64,000 bases of DNA, taken from positions 2,432,001 to 2,496,000 of the forward strand of contig CAVUDP010000002.1 of NCBI GenBank assembly GCA_963740315.1. Reading direction: 5' to 3'. This stretch comes from an uncultured cyanobacterium (GTDB taxonomy: Bacteria > Cyanobacteriota > Cyanobacteriia > Cyanobacteriales > Nostocaceae). The notes under the pieces are model-generated. The model did no database searches, had not been told where the DNA came from, and saw only the letters and a list, made by a program, of their open reading frames with translations. The translations under genes were made by a program, and so were the position numbers. The number at the start of each line of letters is the position of its first letter. The first letter of the stretch is position 1. Below, in pieces: positions 10,375-22,536 of the stretch.

Positions 10375-13300
10375 TTAAAAATTAATTTTTACAATCGCAT
10401 CATTAAAGTCTTTATCGCCAGCATTCACCGTATCCTCAAAGCCAAAGGTGTTGTCAGCAAGCAAGCGAATATGATCTGTTTTATCGCTGTTTGCACCTAA
10501 AAAGGCAAAGTAAACTTCGGCATTATTATTAATAGCTTCATCGAAGGTACCATCTGCAATTATGAAAGGAGCTAAAATACTTCCAGCTTCTAAAATTCCA
10601 TCTACTGTTGTGGTGGTTTGATTCTCTGTTGCTAGTAAATCCAAGCCGGTAATTCGGTTTGTTAAAGCTGCATCTTTATATCCGGCATCGTTGGGATTAA
10701 TATCGGCGATTCCATCACCATTAGTATCGATGCCGCCGTTAATATCGCTGATTTTGTAGAAACCAATTAGGTTATCGAAAGCAGCTTCTCGATATACTTC
10801 AACGTTAACTGCTGCGTCATCTGTGATATCGCGTAAATCGATAAGTTCTTTTTTGGTTTGTAATTTAGTTGCTTTAGCAGAATTATCTTGAGTTAATGCT
10901 GCATTCAATTGGATATCGTTAAAATCATCTCCACCCGCTGAATCTTCCCATTCTAAAGTAAATCCTTCTGAATTTAAGTTATCTACCCGTAAATTTTCAG
11001 AGGTGGAAAAGAAGATAGGTAAGTTGGTATTTCCGGTTGATTCTATTTCCGCAAGCGCGGCATCTGTGGTACCGTTGGATACCATGAAAAATTGCAAACG
11101 GGCATTACTATCAACTTCAACTATCCGCTGAATGTTTTCAACTGCGAATCCATTGGGGTTTTCAGAAAGAGCGGAAAAGATTATTTGCGATTGGTTTAAA
11201 GCTGCTTTGAGAAAACCGTCGCTACCCGGCGCTAACCCATCAATATTACCGTTTTCGTCAACTACAAATACACCAATTTCATTGACATTACTGGCATTAA
11301 TATTAGCTAAAGTAAACTTGATATTGGTTTTTTCCCCTGCATCTAAAACAAAGATGCCGTTTTGACTTTGATTAACGTCAAACTTAGCTGGAGCTACATC
11401 AATTAAATTAACAGTAATATTCGCGGAATCGCTTAAACCACCTGCATCTGTTGCTGTTACCTGGAGATTAAAGCTGGGTGTAGTTTCAAAATCGATATCA
11501 TCTTTATCGTTAACTGCGATTTCTCCGGTATTGGAATCGATCGCAAAAGCTAGCTTACCATCTTTATCTGGATCGAGATTTCCAGAAACCAAGGCAAAAT
11601 TTAAAACCTCATCTGGATCGTTTGCTGCGATAATACCAATTACGGTGTTTTCTAGGCTATTTTCTTTGATAGAGAAAACTGCATCGTTGATCGCAGGTGC
11701 TTGATTAGCGTTTTCTACTTTCAAAGTAAACGTATTGCTAACGGATGCACCAGCAGTGTCAGTTGCAGTCACTTTAATATTGATTTCACCAAGATTATCG
11801 TTTGTAGGAGTGCCGGTGAAAGTACCATTTGCGAAATTTAACCAAGTTGGTAACTGGGAATCATCCTCTAAAGTTGCAGAGTAAGTTAAGGTATCTCCGA
11901 TATCTGAATCTGTAAAAGTATCTGCTGGTAAAGTGAAATCGAATGCTGTATCTTGAGGAGTAGTAACACTGGCGATCGCATTTTTTACAATCGGAGCATC
12001 GTTAACTGCATCTACCGTGATATTGAATGATGTAGAAGTATCGCTGGCGTTACCCGCAGCATCTTTAGCAACAGCAGTAAATTCATAACTGTTATCAACA
12101 AGAATGGTATTCGTATAATCAAAATTCCAGTTTCCAGAATTATCAGTAGTAGTTGTGCCGATATTACCATCTTGGAAAACTTCGATATTGCTGTTTGCTT
12201 CAGCGCTACCGCTAATAATTAAAGTGTTATCGCTGGTAATTCCATCTCCAATAGCACCCGTATCTTCTGTGAAAGAAATTATAGAAGGTGTATTTGGATT
12301 TTTGTTATCAATGCTGAATAAATCATCCTTAGTGAAAGCAGCTTGAATATTACCAACTTTATCTTGAGCGTTTTCTACTTTGACATCGATAGCAGCTACT
12401 TCTTCGTTTGCATCGGTAACGGTATAGGTTGCAATATAGGTTTTACTATCAACACCCCAACTTCCACTACCAAAAGTAATTGTATTTTGAAGATTTTCGA
12501 TTGTGATACTCGGATTTACTCCAGTATCCATATCTTCCGAATATTCCACAGTTAAGGTAAAGCTGGTGCTGGAATCGGAAATTGTGGAAGTTGAAGCGGT
12601 AATGTTACTAACTGTTGGTAAAGTTAAATCAGCTTCTCTAGTTATTTGAGTTGCAGCGATATTATCATTACCAGCAATATCTTGAGCAACTGCTGAATTA
12701 ATATCTATTGTTACCATACCAGTACTGGTAGGTGTAATATCAAAAGTGTAATTGCTAAAGTTGTCAACGAGGTTGCTAGCTGTAGCGTTAGTTAGAGTAA
12801 TATCGTCGATATTGAAGCCATTTACTAACTCTGAAAATTCAGCAGTGACATTAAATTTAGAATTAACAGTTGCTGCTGCTGTGGAAGTTAATGTAACTGT
12901 TGGCGCGATCGTATCAATTATAATATTTTTATTCGCACCAAGGGAACCTATTTCACTGGGATTTGGTAAAGTTAAATCGACATTACTACCATTATTATCT
13001 TTAATACTACCGCTGTTAAGTTGTAAAGCTGAGTTAGAAATATAGTCTAAATCAAGGCTTTCATCTCCCTGCTCTACGGTATAACTAAAGTTGAGGATAT
13101 CGCTACCGCTACCGCTAGTGTAAGTTGCAATTCTAACGTTTGTACCCGTTTCTTCGTTTGTACCCGTTTCTAAAGTTAATTGCAGCGCACCACCAAGACT
13201 ATCAAGATTAACATTCACCTCTTTTGCAAATTCAACCGTAATATCTACAGTATCCCCGGTTTTATAAGTACCATCGGCAGTAGTAGCGCTAACTTCTACA

Positions 13301-15074
13301 ACAGATACAATTTCATAAGCACCAATATCAACTGTAGTATCAATAATTCTCTCGAATCCTACACCTCTTTGCTCGAAGGGTATTTCAGTAGTATTACTAT
13401 CTCCATCTATATCAAAAGTATCTTGAGCAATATTACTATTACTTCCTGCATTAATTGCTGGGCTACCGCTTAACAATGCGTGAGTTTGAGTTAATCCGCC
13501 GTTATTTTGTAGATTACCGAGTTTGGCATCAATAGGATTAGCAGAAGTACCAACAATATCACCGTTGTTTCCATTAGTGAAACTGCTTCCGTCACCGTTA
13601 CCAATTAAATTATTTCCATTGCTGGTAGTGATTCCTTGAATAGGATTTACACTAAATTGATTTCTGATGTCATCATTATTAGTATTTCCTGCAATAATAC
13701 TGTTGCTAACTGTTAAATCACCAACGTTAGCAACACCACTTGCTAATTCAGTGCCTGCGGTATTTTTTGTAATAGTGCTATTTTTAATTGTTGCTGTAGC
13801 ACGTACTATTGTAAAAGTTTGATTAATATCAACTGTATTAACCAATCCTCCACCGCTTGCTTGTGCATTATTACCACTTAAAGTACTATTAATTAAATTC
13901 AGATTTCCATCATTACGAATACCACCACCGTTTAAAGCTGTATTACCGCTAAAGGTGCTATTTATAATATTTACTGTTGTCAGCAGTAGTATTAAGTAAT
14001 CCCCCACCACCACTGGTTTGACTGGTGCCAATAGAAGTATTACCAGCTACGGTACTATTAATAATCGTTAAATTACCGTCATTGCGAATACCACCACCAT
14101 CGTCAGCAGCTTGGTTATTTTTAACTACAATATTTTCTAAAGTTAAATTACCACGATTCTAAATACCACCACCGTCATCGTTGGAATTACCATCTTGAAT
14201 TGTAAAACCATCAATGTTGACATCAATTTGATTACTATTATTATCAACTTTGAAAACGCGAGATATATTATTACCACTGATAGTTAAATTATCTGCTCCT
14301 AAACCTTGAATAGTTACAGCATTTGTGATATTCAAGGTACCGCTAGTTAAGGCAATAGTTTGTCCATTTAAACTAGCGTCAAAGGTAATAGTATCTGCTT
14401 CCGAAGTAGCATTAGCATCCTCAATTGCTTTTCGTAATGAACCATCACCAGAATCGTTGCTGTTATTAACTATTAAGTTTGCCAGTATACCGGTATAACT
14501 TAACTGTTGTAGAAAATGCTAAAGATTTATTATTGCTGTTACCTTCAGTTACTTCTAATTCCCAATTCCCACCTTTTTCCACATTCCCAACTACCGTTGT
14601 CGAAGCTGCAATATTTGCTTTTGTTAACCGATGCAGCTTTTCGATAAACTCTTCCCCAGCGTCACCTGCTGCGACGTTGCAACCGTAGAGGAAGAGATGG
14701 GGGGATGGGGAGATGGGGGGATGGGGAGATGGGGGGATGGGGAGATGGGGAGATGAGGGGATGTGGAGATTAAACCAGCTTTTTAACTGGCGATCGCACT
14801 TATCTAAATTGCTTAAATTAAGTTCAGAGTTACCCAAATACAAGCAACCGGGGGAGCCGTGGGAAACAATATGAATTGTAGCGAACTGTTTTTTTGTTAA
14901 TACTTCGGTAATTTGTTCAATTCCATCTCGCTTGGAGTCGAGTACAACTATTTCAATTCCCGGTTTTACACCATTTACTAAACTTTGATAATCAGAAACT
15001 CCTGCATCAATGAAAGCTATTTCTTGCTTAGGGAATAAGGATATTTGATTTTGGTTGTTTGTAGATAATTTCAT
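10375..15074 (-). pseudogene. Large secreted/surface protein (DUF4347, beta-helix/choice-of-anchor Q, Ig-like, cadherin, DUF4114), interrupted
   Basis: DUF4347 ORF 14466-15074 and the 1218-aa ORF are bridged by a third coding frame (SYTGILANL..DSGDGSLRKAI..GGGI*NRG..). Frameshifts near 14500 and 13980, in-frame TAG at 14159-14161. Confidence 0.85.
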
Positions 15075-15719
15075 TTTGGTTCAGTGATATTACTTATTTG
15101 GGTAAATAGATGGTAGAAAAATATTGGTGTTTATTCTCATGGGTTCTACTTGCCGACTTTAGTCCTAAATTCAAGAGCTAAAGCTCTTACTACCAAGGCA
15201 AAAAATAATCACTGGCTTCATAAGCAGCAATCAATCTTTCTCTATTTTTCTTCTGATAGATGCGAATAATATGAAGACGAATAGGAATCAAGTATAAAAA
15301 GTGTGTAAAAGCACAATAAACAATTTATACTTTTACCTAGAAAACAACCACTGTGTTTTTACTCAATTGATTTTATATCGTTCTAATCCAGCCCGTGCAG
15401 AGGGGGTTTGTAGATATAGCCCCAGACTTCGAGTCTGCGGGCGATTGAGCGTATTGATCCAAATCGTTTATCCGGCGGTTTCAACCGCTGCTACACAAGC
15501 AAAACCCACCTGTGTGGGTTAATAATAAATAATATTCTTCTAAACCTTTTGTCCTGGTTCTAACTGTAAATTAATAGAAGTTGCCAGCATAAATATTTTT
15601 TTCCTTAGCTAACACCATTTTGCAGTAACGCCGTAAGGTTGTGAATGTAACGAATTAATTTCGTAAACAGCACCCGATTATTTACCATAATAAGAAAGAC
15701 TTTACTAAACTTCACAACC

Positions 15720-16598
15720 GTGACTACCACACCACAAGCAACAACCACTTTTGAAAAACTCTTTTGGATTTGGAAGGGTTACAAAATTCAGTACACCGTC
15801 ATGGGTACGGGAAAACCTTTAGTATTAATTCACGGTTTCGGTGCATCTATCGGACATTGGCGGAAAAATATTCCGGTATTAGCCGACGCTGGCTATCAAG
15901 TGTTTGCACTGGATTTATTAGGATTTGGTGGTTCCGATAAAGCACCCATCGAGTACAGCGTTGATTTATGGGTAGAGTTGCTCAAAGATTTTTGGCAGGA
16001 ACACATCAAGCAACCTGCCGTATTTATCGGTAACTCTGTAGGTGCGTTGATAAGTTTGACTATTGCAGCAGAGCATCCCGAAATTACCAGTGGCGCTGTT
16101 TTAATCAACGCTGCGGGAGGCTTGAGCCATCGCTCGGACGAATTAAACCCACCGCTACGCTTTGTGATGGGCAGTTTTAATAAATTAGTTGGTCATCCGA
16201 TAACGGGTAAATTTGTATTTAATAATATCCGCAGAAAATCGCAAATCAAACGCACCCTCTACCAAGTGTATCGCGATCGCAATGCCGTCACCGATGAATT
16301 AGTAGATATGCTTTACGAACCATCCTGTGACGAAGGCGCACAGCAAGTATTTGCATCAATTTTGACAGCCCCTCCCGGTGATTCCCCAGAGGAATTATTA
16401 CCCAAAGTCGAGCGTCCATTATTAGTAATTTGGGGGGCAGACGATCCTTGGACACCGATCGCAGGAGCAAAAGTATACGAACAAGCCAAAGAAAACGGTA
16501 AAGACATCAAAATCGTGCCAATTCCCGGAGCGGGGCACTGTCCACATGATGAAGTTCCCGATTTGGTGAATCCGCAGATTATTGATTGGGTGAAGTAG
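15720..16598 (+). CDS. Alpha/beta fold hydrolase
   Basis: HGFGAS, DLLGFG, GNSVG nucleophile elbow, WG..D, GHCPHDE. Confidence 0.93.
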   Translation: MTTTPQATTTFEKLFWIWKGYKIQYTVMGTGKPLVLIHGFGASIGHWRKNIPVLADAGYQVFALDLLGFGGSDKAPIEYSVDLWVELLKDFWQEHIKQPAVFIGNSVGALISLTIAAEHPEITSGAVLINAAGGLSHRSDELNPPLRFVMGSFNKLVGHPITGKFVFNNIRRKSQIKRTLYQVYRDRNAVTDELVDMLYEPSCDEGAQQVFASILTAPPGDSPEELLPKVERPLLVIWGADDPWTPIAGAKVYEQAKENGKDIKIVPIPGAGHCPHDEVPDLVNPQIIDWVK

Positions 16599-16599
16599 A

Positions 16600-16785
16600 A
16601 GAGAGGGGGTAGAGGGGGTAGAGGGGGTAGAGGGGGGAGATGGGGGGATGGGGAGAGGGGGGACAAGGGAACAAGGAGACAAGGGGACAAGGGGAAGATC
16701 ATTTACCCGCTATTACCAATCACTAATGCCCTATGCCCTATGCCCAATGCCCAATGCCCCATCCCCAATCCCCAATCCCCAATTC
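16600..16785. repeat. Composite STRR tract (GAGGGGGTA, GATGGGGG, GACAAGGG, ATGCCC(T/A), CCCAATC)
   Basis: Several adjacent tandem unit types between convergent genes. Confidence 0.9.
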
Positions 16786-17628
16786 CTAACTTTCAAAAGT
16801 ATTACAAGCATCAATCCTACCAGTTTGAATACCTGTTTTAAACCATTTAACGCGCTGTGCGGAACTTCCGTGAGTGAATGATTCGGGGACGACATATCCT
16901 TTTGAGCGCTTTTGCAGTCTATCGTCACCGATGCTCGCGGCTGCATTCATGGCTTCTTCAACGTCTCCTTGTTCGATAATTTGTCTTTGTCTTTGTGCGT
17001 GATGTGCCCAAATTCCGGCAAAACAGTCTGCTTGTAATTCTAATCTTACGGAAAGTTGGTTCGCTTGAACTTGACCAACTCGATTTTGTACTCTTCTAAC
17101 TTCGTCGGAAATTCCCATCAAATTCTGCACGTGATGTCCGACTTCGTGAGCAATTACATATGCTTGAGCAAAATCTCCAGGTGCCCCAAGCTTGTTTTTT
17201 AAATCTCGGAAAAAGCTTAAATCTAAATATACTTTTTGGTCGGGAGGACAGTAAAAGGGACCTACCGCAGAACTCGTATAACCGCAAGCTGATTGTACTG
17301 CATTCTCAAAAAGAACTAATTTCGGTTCCCGATAGTTTCTTCCCATTTGTCGAAATAAAGGGTTCCAGGTATCTTCAGTATCGGCAAGCACTACTGAAAC
17401 GAATTGTCCCATTTCATCTTTAGGTTGAGAAGTTGTTTGAGTCGGAGTTGAATAGCCATTATCTTGAGGAGCTATTTGGTCGATAACTGCTGGATCTACA
17501 CCTAAAAGTACCGCAATCAAGGTAAGAACCAAACCGCCAATACCACCACCAACAACCCCTGGAGAAACTCCTCTACCGCCGCGTCTGTCTTCAACATTGT
17601 CACTTTTTCGACCAAATTCCCAACGCAT
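16786..17628 (-). CDS. YpfJ-like neutral zinc metallopeptidase
   Basis: SDNVEDRRG, GPFYCP.D, AHEVGHHVQ, ELQADC, THGS. Confidence 0.93.
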   Translation of the reverse strand: MRWEFGRKSDNVEDRRGGRGVSPGVVGGGIGGLVLTLIAVLLGVDPAVIDQIAPQDNGYSTPTQTTSQPKDEMGQFVSVVLADTEDTWNPLFRQMGRNYREPKLVLFENAVQSACGYTSSAVGPFYCPPDQKVYLDLSFFRDLKNKLGAPGDFAQAYVIAHEVGHHVQNLMGISDEVRRVQNRVGQVQANQLSVRLELQADCFAGIWAHHAQRQRQIIEQGDVEEAMNAAASIGDDRLQKRSKGYVVPESFTHGSSAQRVKWFKTGIQTGRIDACNTFES

Positions 17629-17842
17629 AATAATAATTAGTAATTAGTAATTCCTAGTTCGTAATTATTATAGATAGGGTTGATTGCCTGTTCTTTGTTA
17701 ATTACGAATTTTCCGTTTGTCAGCAGTATGAGCGATTAAAACTAATTGTGTAAACTAACTTTAGTCTTGATTATTACTCTTGGTTCTTATAGCTAAAGAG
17801 AGAGGTGTGAAAATACATGATAATAATTTAAAAGAACGAAAG

Positions 17843-17899
17843 TTCGTAGTAAGGGCATTGGTTCCCTAAATCCGAGGGCTGAAGCCCTTACTACAAACC
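17843..17899. repeat. REP/SDR-like element TTCGTAGTAAGGGC..GCCCTTACTAC
   Basis: Inverted-repeat structure; partial copies near 15160-15195 and 58465-58489. Confidence 0.65.
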
Positions 17900-17915
17900 T
17901 TATATTCTCAAAATT

Positions 17916-18521
17916 ATGGCAGCGGAAAGTACGAACATAAAATCTTTGAAAACAGAGCTAATGCAACAGGTAGAAGCGTTACCATTGCAGCAAGCTATAT
18001 TTCCCCAATCAGAACCAGATATAGATAAAATTGTGGAACAGTTGGAGGAAATCAACCCAATTCCCCAACCTTTGAGTTCTAATAATCAAACTTTAATATT
18101 TGGTAACTGGCAGTTAATATATGCTTCTAATGGAACGGTAGTTACCCGTCAAGTTGCCACTATTCCAGATTGGACGGGATTTAAAATCAAGCAGGTATAT
18201 CAAACTTTGAGTGCAGGTGATAGTGGAATTGCAACTTCTAACTGCGCCAAAATCGAATTACCTTTGCTGGGTGAATGGAAAATCCAGGCTAATGGTATTT
18301 GGAAGTGCGATCGCGATCAAACAACTGCTTTAGTCAGCTTTGATGAATTCGCGTTTCAAGCAACAAAACCCTTTAATTTACCATTTCATTTACCCGAATT
18401 GAAAATTCCAGTTTTGGAAGCTTTCCGCAATGAAGCTGTATGGATAACTAGTTACTTGGATGAAGAAATTCGAGTCGGAAGGGGGAAGACGGGGAATTTG
18501 TTTTTGTTTATTAGAGAATGA
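17916..18521 (+). CDS. PAP/fibrillin family protein
   Basis: LEEINP.P.P, G.WQLIY, W.TSYLDEEIRVGRG..G.LF. Confidence 0.9.
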   Translation: MAAESTNIKSLKTELMQQVEALPLQQAIFPQSEPDIDKIVEQLEEINPIPQPLSSNNQTLIFGNWQLIYASNGTVVTRQVATIPDWTGFKIKQVYQTLSAGDSGIATSNCAKIELPLLGEWKIQANGIWKCDRDQTTALVSFDEFAFQATKPFNLPFHLPELKIPVLEAFRNEAVWITSYLDEEIRVGRGKTGNLFLFIRE

Positions 18522-18524
18522 ACC

Positions 18525-18842
18525 TTAGAACCTTATAGAATCTAAAGATTGCAAAATTATAGCAGACCGTTCCATAGAACCTATCTCAATGAATGAGTTA
18601 CACGCTATTTTATCTCCACTGCCGCAGCGTTGTATGAGCGCACTCTTGATATTACTAAGCTTTGCACACCCATCGGCATACTTGTAAACATAACACCTAT
18701 TTATAGCAATACCGGCTACAGTAAGAGCTTTTGTATACACAAGTTTCTGTACTTGTACGGCTTTTTGTGCTTGTACTTGAGTAGTCACAACAACGCTAGC
18801 GCTAGCAAATAATCCTGTGAGTAATAAAGACCAGTGGCGCAT
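18525..18842 (-). CDS. Hypothetical exported Cys-containing protein
   Basis: Signal peptide (AQA), four Cys. Confidence 0.55.
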   Translation of the reverse strand: MRHWSLLLTGLFASASVVVTTQVQAQKAVQVQKLVYTKALTVAGIAINRCYVYKYADGCAKLSNIKSALIQRCGSGDKIACNSFIEIGSMERSAIILQSLDSIRF

Positions 18843-19380
18843 TAAGTAAATTACGTTACACTTAACTATATATAGATTACAATCTATACCATGTGTTTTT
18901 GCAACGAAGTTTTCAGAAATTAACTTTTTATCGTGGTGTTACTCAATCAGTTAGCAAGAACGATACAAATATGCCGTAAGTAATAACCTGCAAATCCGGG
19001 TTAATAGAGTTACATTTTTTGCTAATAGAAGAATAGGTTTAATGCAAATAAATAGGACTTACGATATTGTTACAGCAGAAAAATGGTGCGTGAGGCTACA
19101 AGTCTTATTACTACGTTCAAATTTATTCATAGCGTCACACACCCTACAAGAAAATTGTGCCAGTTGTGTAAGTCCTAGTAAATACATAGTTAATTAAAGC
19201 AGGACTTTTAGAAAAAGTATGGTGTTCCAGACAATAAGATCCCCCCAACCCCCCTTTTTTAAGGGGGGCTTTATGTAACTCCTATAAAGTTCAAATGTTG
19301 AAAACTCCTAACTTCTCATCTTCAATCCAAAATTATTAACCACTAACCACTAACAACTAACAACTAACTCTTAAAATTTA

Positions 19381-19394
19381 AGTACGATTGTTCT
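19381..19394 (+). promoter_or_regulatory. Cyanobacterial LexA (SOS) box
   Basis: AGTACGATTGTTCT fits RGTAC-NNN-DGTWCB, 65 bp upstream of the uvrA ATG. Confidence 0.8.
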
Positions 19395-19459
19395 ACCATA
19401 ACTACAGTAACGATAGTATTATTAAGGATTGTCCCTTGCCGCCATCCCACATTGCTGAT

Positions 19460-22354
19460 ATGTCAGAAACAAAGTTAGCTGCATCCTTAAACGGGCAACT
19501 TCCTAACTCGAATAATAAAAATACAATCCGCATTCGCGGTGCTAGGCAGCATAATTTAAAAAATGTCGATCTAGAAATTCCTTCGCGCCAATTGATTGTT
19601 TTTACTGGCGTTTCTGGTTCTGGTAAGTCTTCTTTGGCGTTTGATACTATTTTTGCTGAAGGGCAGCGCCGTTATGTTGAGTCCCTTAGTTCCTATGCGC
19701 GGCAATTTTTGGGACAAATGGATAAGCCGGATGTGGAAGCGATTGAAGGTTTAAGTCCGGCAATTTCTATCGATCAAAAGTCTACTTCTCATAACCCGCG
19801 TTCGACTGTGGGAACGGTAACGGAAATTTACGATTATCTACGTCTGTTGTTTGGTAGGGCTGGCGAACCCCATTGTCCCCAGTGCGATCGCTCTATCGCT
19901 CCCCAAACGATCGATGAAATGGTAGATAAAATCATGGAGCTACCCGATCGCACTAAGTTTCAAATTCTTGCGCCGGTGGTTCGCGGTAAGAAGGGTACTC
20001 ACGTTAAGTTATTATCTAGTCTTGCTTCTCAAGGTTTTGTCCGGGTTCGCATTGATGGCGAGGTGCGAGAACTTTCGGACTCTATCGAATTAGATAAAAA
20101 ATATACTCATACTGTAGAAGTCGTTATCGACCGTTTAATTAAAAAAGACGGGATTGAAGAGCGTTTGGTAGATTCTTTATCTACGTGTTTAAAACAGTCT
20201 AATGGAATAGCTGTGATTCTCTATACTCCCTTGGAAGAGGAGGGGGATAAGAAAGAGGAGAGTAAAGATCGAGAATTAGTATTTTCGGAAAACTTCGCTT
20301 GTCCCGAACATGGCGCGGTAATGGAAGAATTATCGCCGCGTTTATTTTCTTTTAATTCACCTTATGGTGCTTGTTCTAATTGTCACGGAATCGGCACATT
20401 AAAAAGATTTTCTCCCGATTTAGTTGTACCAGATCCTCAAGTCCCAATTTATGCTGCGATCGCGCCTTGGTCGGAAAAGGATAATTCCTATTATTTGGAG
20501 CTACTTTACTCTCTAGGACAGGATTACGGCTTTGAGTTACAAACGCAGTGGCAGAATTTAACCCCGGAGCAGCAGCAGATAGTTTTACAGGGAGAAGAGA
20601 AAACTCCGGAATCGGAACGCACTAAGAAATTTAAAGGCGTGTTACCGATTTTACAGCGGCAGTACGAGGGTGGTTCGGAGTTAATTAAGCACAAATTAGA
20701 ACAGTATATAATCGATCAACCTTGTCCGGTATGCGACGGTAAAAAGTTGAAGCCGGAAGCTTTAGCGGTAAGGTTGGGACAGTACAAAATTCTGGATTTA
20801 ACCGGAGTTTCAATTTTAGATGCTCAGCAAAGAATCAATAATTTACAGTTAAGTAAGCGGCAAATGCAAATTGCAGACTTGGTATTGCGCGAAATCAAAG
20901 CGCGGTTGCAGTTTCTTTTGGATGTGGGTTTAAATTATTTAACTTTAAATCGGACTGCAATGACGCTTTCGGGTGGAGAAGCCCAGCGGATTCGGTTAGC
21001 AACTCAAATCGGTTCGGGGTTGACTGGGGTATTATACGTACTGGATGAACCAAGTATCGGTTTGCACCAGCGTGACAACGCTAAATTGCTGCAAACTTTA
21101 TTTAGATTGCGGGATTTGGGCAATACATTGATTGTAGTAGAACACGATGAAGAAACAATTCGCGCTGCCAACCACGTTGTTGATATCGGTCCTGGTGCGG
21201 GTATTCACGGAGGTCATATTGTAGCAGAAGGCGATTTACAGGCGTTGTTAGATGCGGAGGATTCCTTAACTGGTGCTTACTTATCGGGAAGACGAGTAAT
21301 TGCAACTCCCGCCCAAAGAAGAGAAGGAAACGGCATCAATTTAGTAATTCAAAACGCCCGTCGTAACAATCTGCGGAATATAGATGTAGAAATTCCTTTA
21401 GGTAAATTAGTTTCGGTAACGGGTGTTTCGGGTTCGGGTAAATCAACTTTAATCAACGAATTGCTTTATCCAGCACTGCAACACCACCTGAGTAAAAAAG
21501 TGCCCATGCCCAAAGACATCGACGGCATGAAGGGATTAAAAGCAGTTGATAAAGCAATTGTAATCGATCAGTCACCCATCGGTAGAACTCCTCGTTCTAA
21601 CCCCGCAACTTATACGGGCATATTTGACGCAATTCGCACGGTATTTTCCGAAACCATCGAAGCCAAAGCGCGGGGTTACAAACCGGGACAATTTTCTTTT
21701 AACGTCAAGGGCGGACGTTGTGAAGCCTGTGCTGGACAAGGTGTCAACGTAATCGAGATGAATTTTCTGCCAGATGTCTACGTACAGTGCGAAGTCTGCA
21801 AAGGTGCCAGATATAACCGCGAAACATTGCAGGTAAAATACAAAGATAAATCAATTTCCGATGTTCTTAACATGACAACGGAGGAAGCTTTGGAATTTTT
21901 CACCAATATTCCCAAAGCAGTAAATAAACTGCAAACTTTAGTAGATGTCGGTTTGGGATACGTACAGCTTGGGCAACCTGCTACAACCTTATCGGGTGGT
22001 GAAGCGCAGCGGGTGAAATTAGCCACAGAATTATCTCGTCGCGCTACCGGGAAGACACTTTACTTAATCGATGAACCCACTACCGGATTATCATTTTACG
22101 ACGTACATAAATTATTAGATGTACTGCAAAGATTGGTAGATAAAGGTAATTCGATTTTAGTTATCGAACATAATTTAGATGTTATTCGCTGTGCCGATTG
22201 GGTAATAGATTTAGGTCCCGAAGGAGGAGATAAAGGCGGGGAAGTTATTGCTGTGGGAACTCCAGAAGATGTTGCAAAGAATGAAAAATCCTATACGGGG
22301 AGGTATTTGAAGCAGGTATTAAAGCAGTATCCGGCTGTAGCTGCGAAAAAGTAA
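19460..22354 (+). CDS. uvrA: Excinuclease ABC subunit A
   Basis: Two GVSGSGKS Walker A, two LSGGEAQR signatures, Zn fingers; ATG 19460 preferred over TTG 19388, which lies inside the LexA box. Confidence 0.98.
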   Translation: MSETKLAASLNGQLPNSNNKNTIRIRGARQHNLKNVDLEIPSRQLIVFTGVSGSGKSSLAFDTIFAEGQRRYVESLSSYARQFLGQMDKPDVEAIEGLSPAISIDQKSTSHNPRSTVGTVTEIYDYLRLLFGRAGEPHCPQCDRSIAPQTIDEMVDKIMELPDRTKFQILAPVVRGKKGTHVKLLSSLASQGFVRVRIDGEVRELSDSIELDKKYTHTVEVVIDRLIKKDGIEERLVDSLSTCLKQSNGIAVILYTPLEEEGDKKEESKDRELVFSENFACPEHGAVMEELSPRLFSFNSPYGACSNCHGIGTLKRFSPDLVVPDPQVPIYAAIAPWSEKDNSYYLELLYSLGQDYGFELQTQWQNLTPEQQQIVLQGEEKTPESERTKKFKGVLPILQRQYEGGSELIKHKLEQYIIDQPCPVCDGKKLKPEALAVRLGQYKILDLTGVSILDAQQRINNLQLSKRQMQIADLVLREIKARLQFLLDVGLNYLTLNRTAMTLSGGEAQRIRLATQIGSGLTGVLYVLDEPSIGLHQRDNAKLLQTLFRLRDLGNTLIVVEHDEETIRAANHVVDIGPGAGIHGGHIVAEGDLQALLDAEDSLTGAYLSGRRVIATPAQRREGNGINLVIQNARRNNLRNIDVEIPLGKLVSVTGVSGSGKSTLINELLYPALQHHLSKKVPMPKDIDGMKGLKAVDKAIVIDQSPIGRTPRSNPATYTGIFDAIRTVFSETIEAKARGYKPGQFSFNVKGGRCEACAGQGVNVIEMNFLPDVYVQCEVCKGARYNRETLQVKYKDKSISDVLNMTTEEALEFFTNIPKAVNKLQTLVDVGLGYVQLGQPATTLSGGEAQRVKLATELSRRATGKTLYLIDEPTTGLSFYDVHKLLDVLQRLVDKGNSILVIEHNLDVIRCADWVIDLGPEGGDKGGEVIAVGTPEDVAKNEKSYTGRYLKQVLKQYPAVAAKK

Positions 22355-22536
22355 AATAACTATTTTATGTTTAAAGGTGATGCTGAGGAAACTGGAGAAT
22401 AAGAAATAGTTGCAGACTTTTAACAATTTGTAAATGCGCGGTTGTACTCTTCGTATTAAGGAGTGCGATCGCCATCTTCTAATTCCGCTTTTACCAAACA
22501 ATACTGATTCCAGACGAGGTAATTTTATTATCTTTA

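Noticed and set aside
15301..15522. 73-aa ORF
   Set aside because: Mostly made of a dispersed palindromic repeat.
2690..16785. Tandem repeat tracts as a CRISPR array
   Set aside because: Units are 7-9 bp with no unique spacers and no cas genes; these are STRRs.
16313..16946. Pro-rich and other short ORFs (16313-16702, 16422-16682, 16648-16881, 16731-16946)
   Set aside because: Translations of STRR tracts or antisense to real genes.
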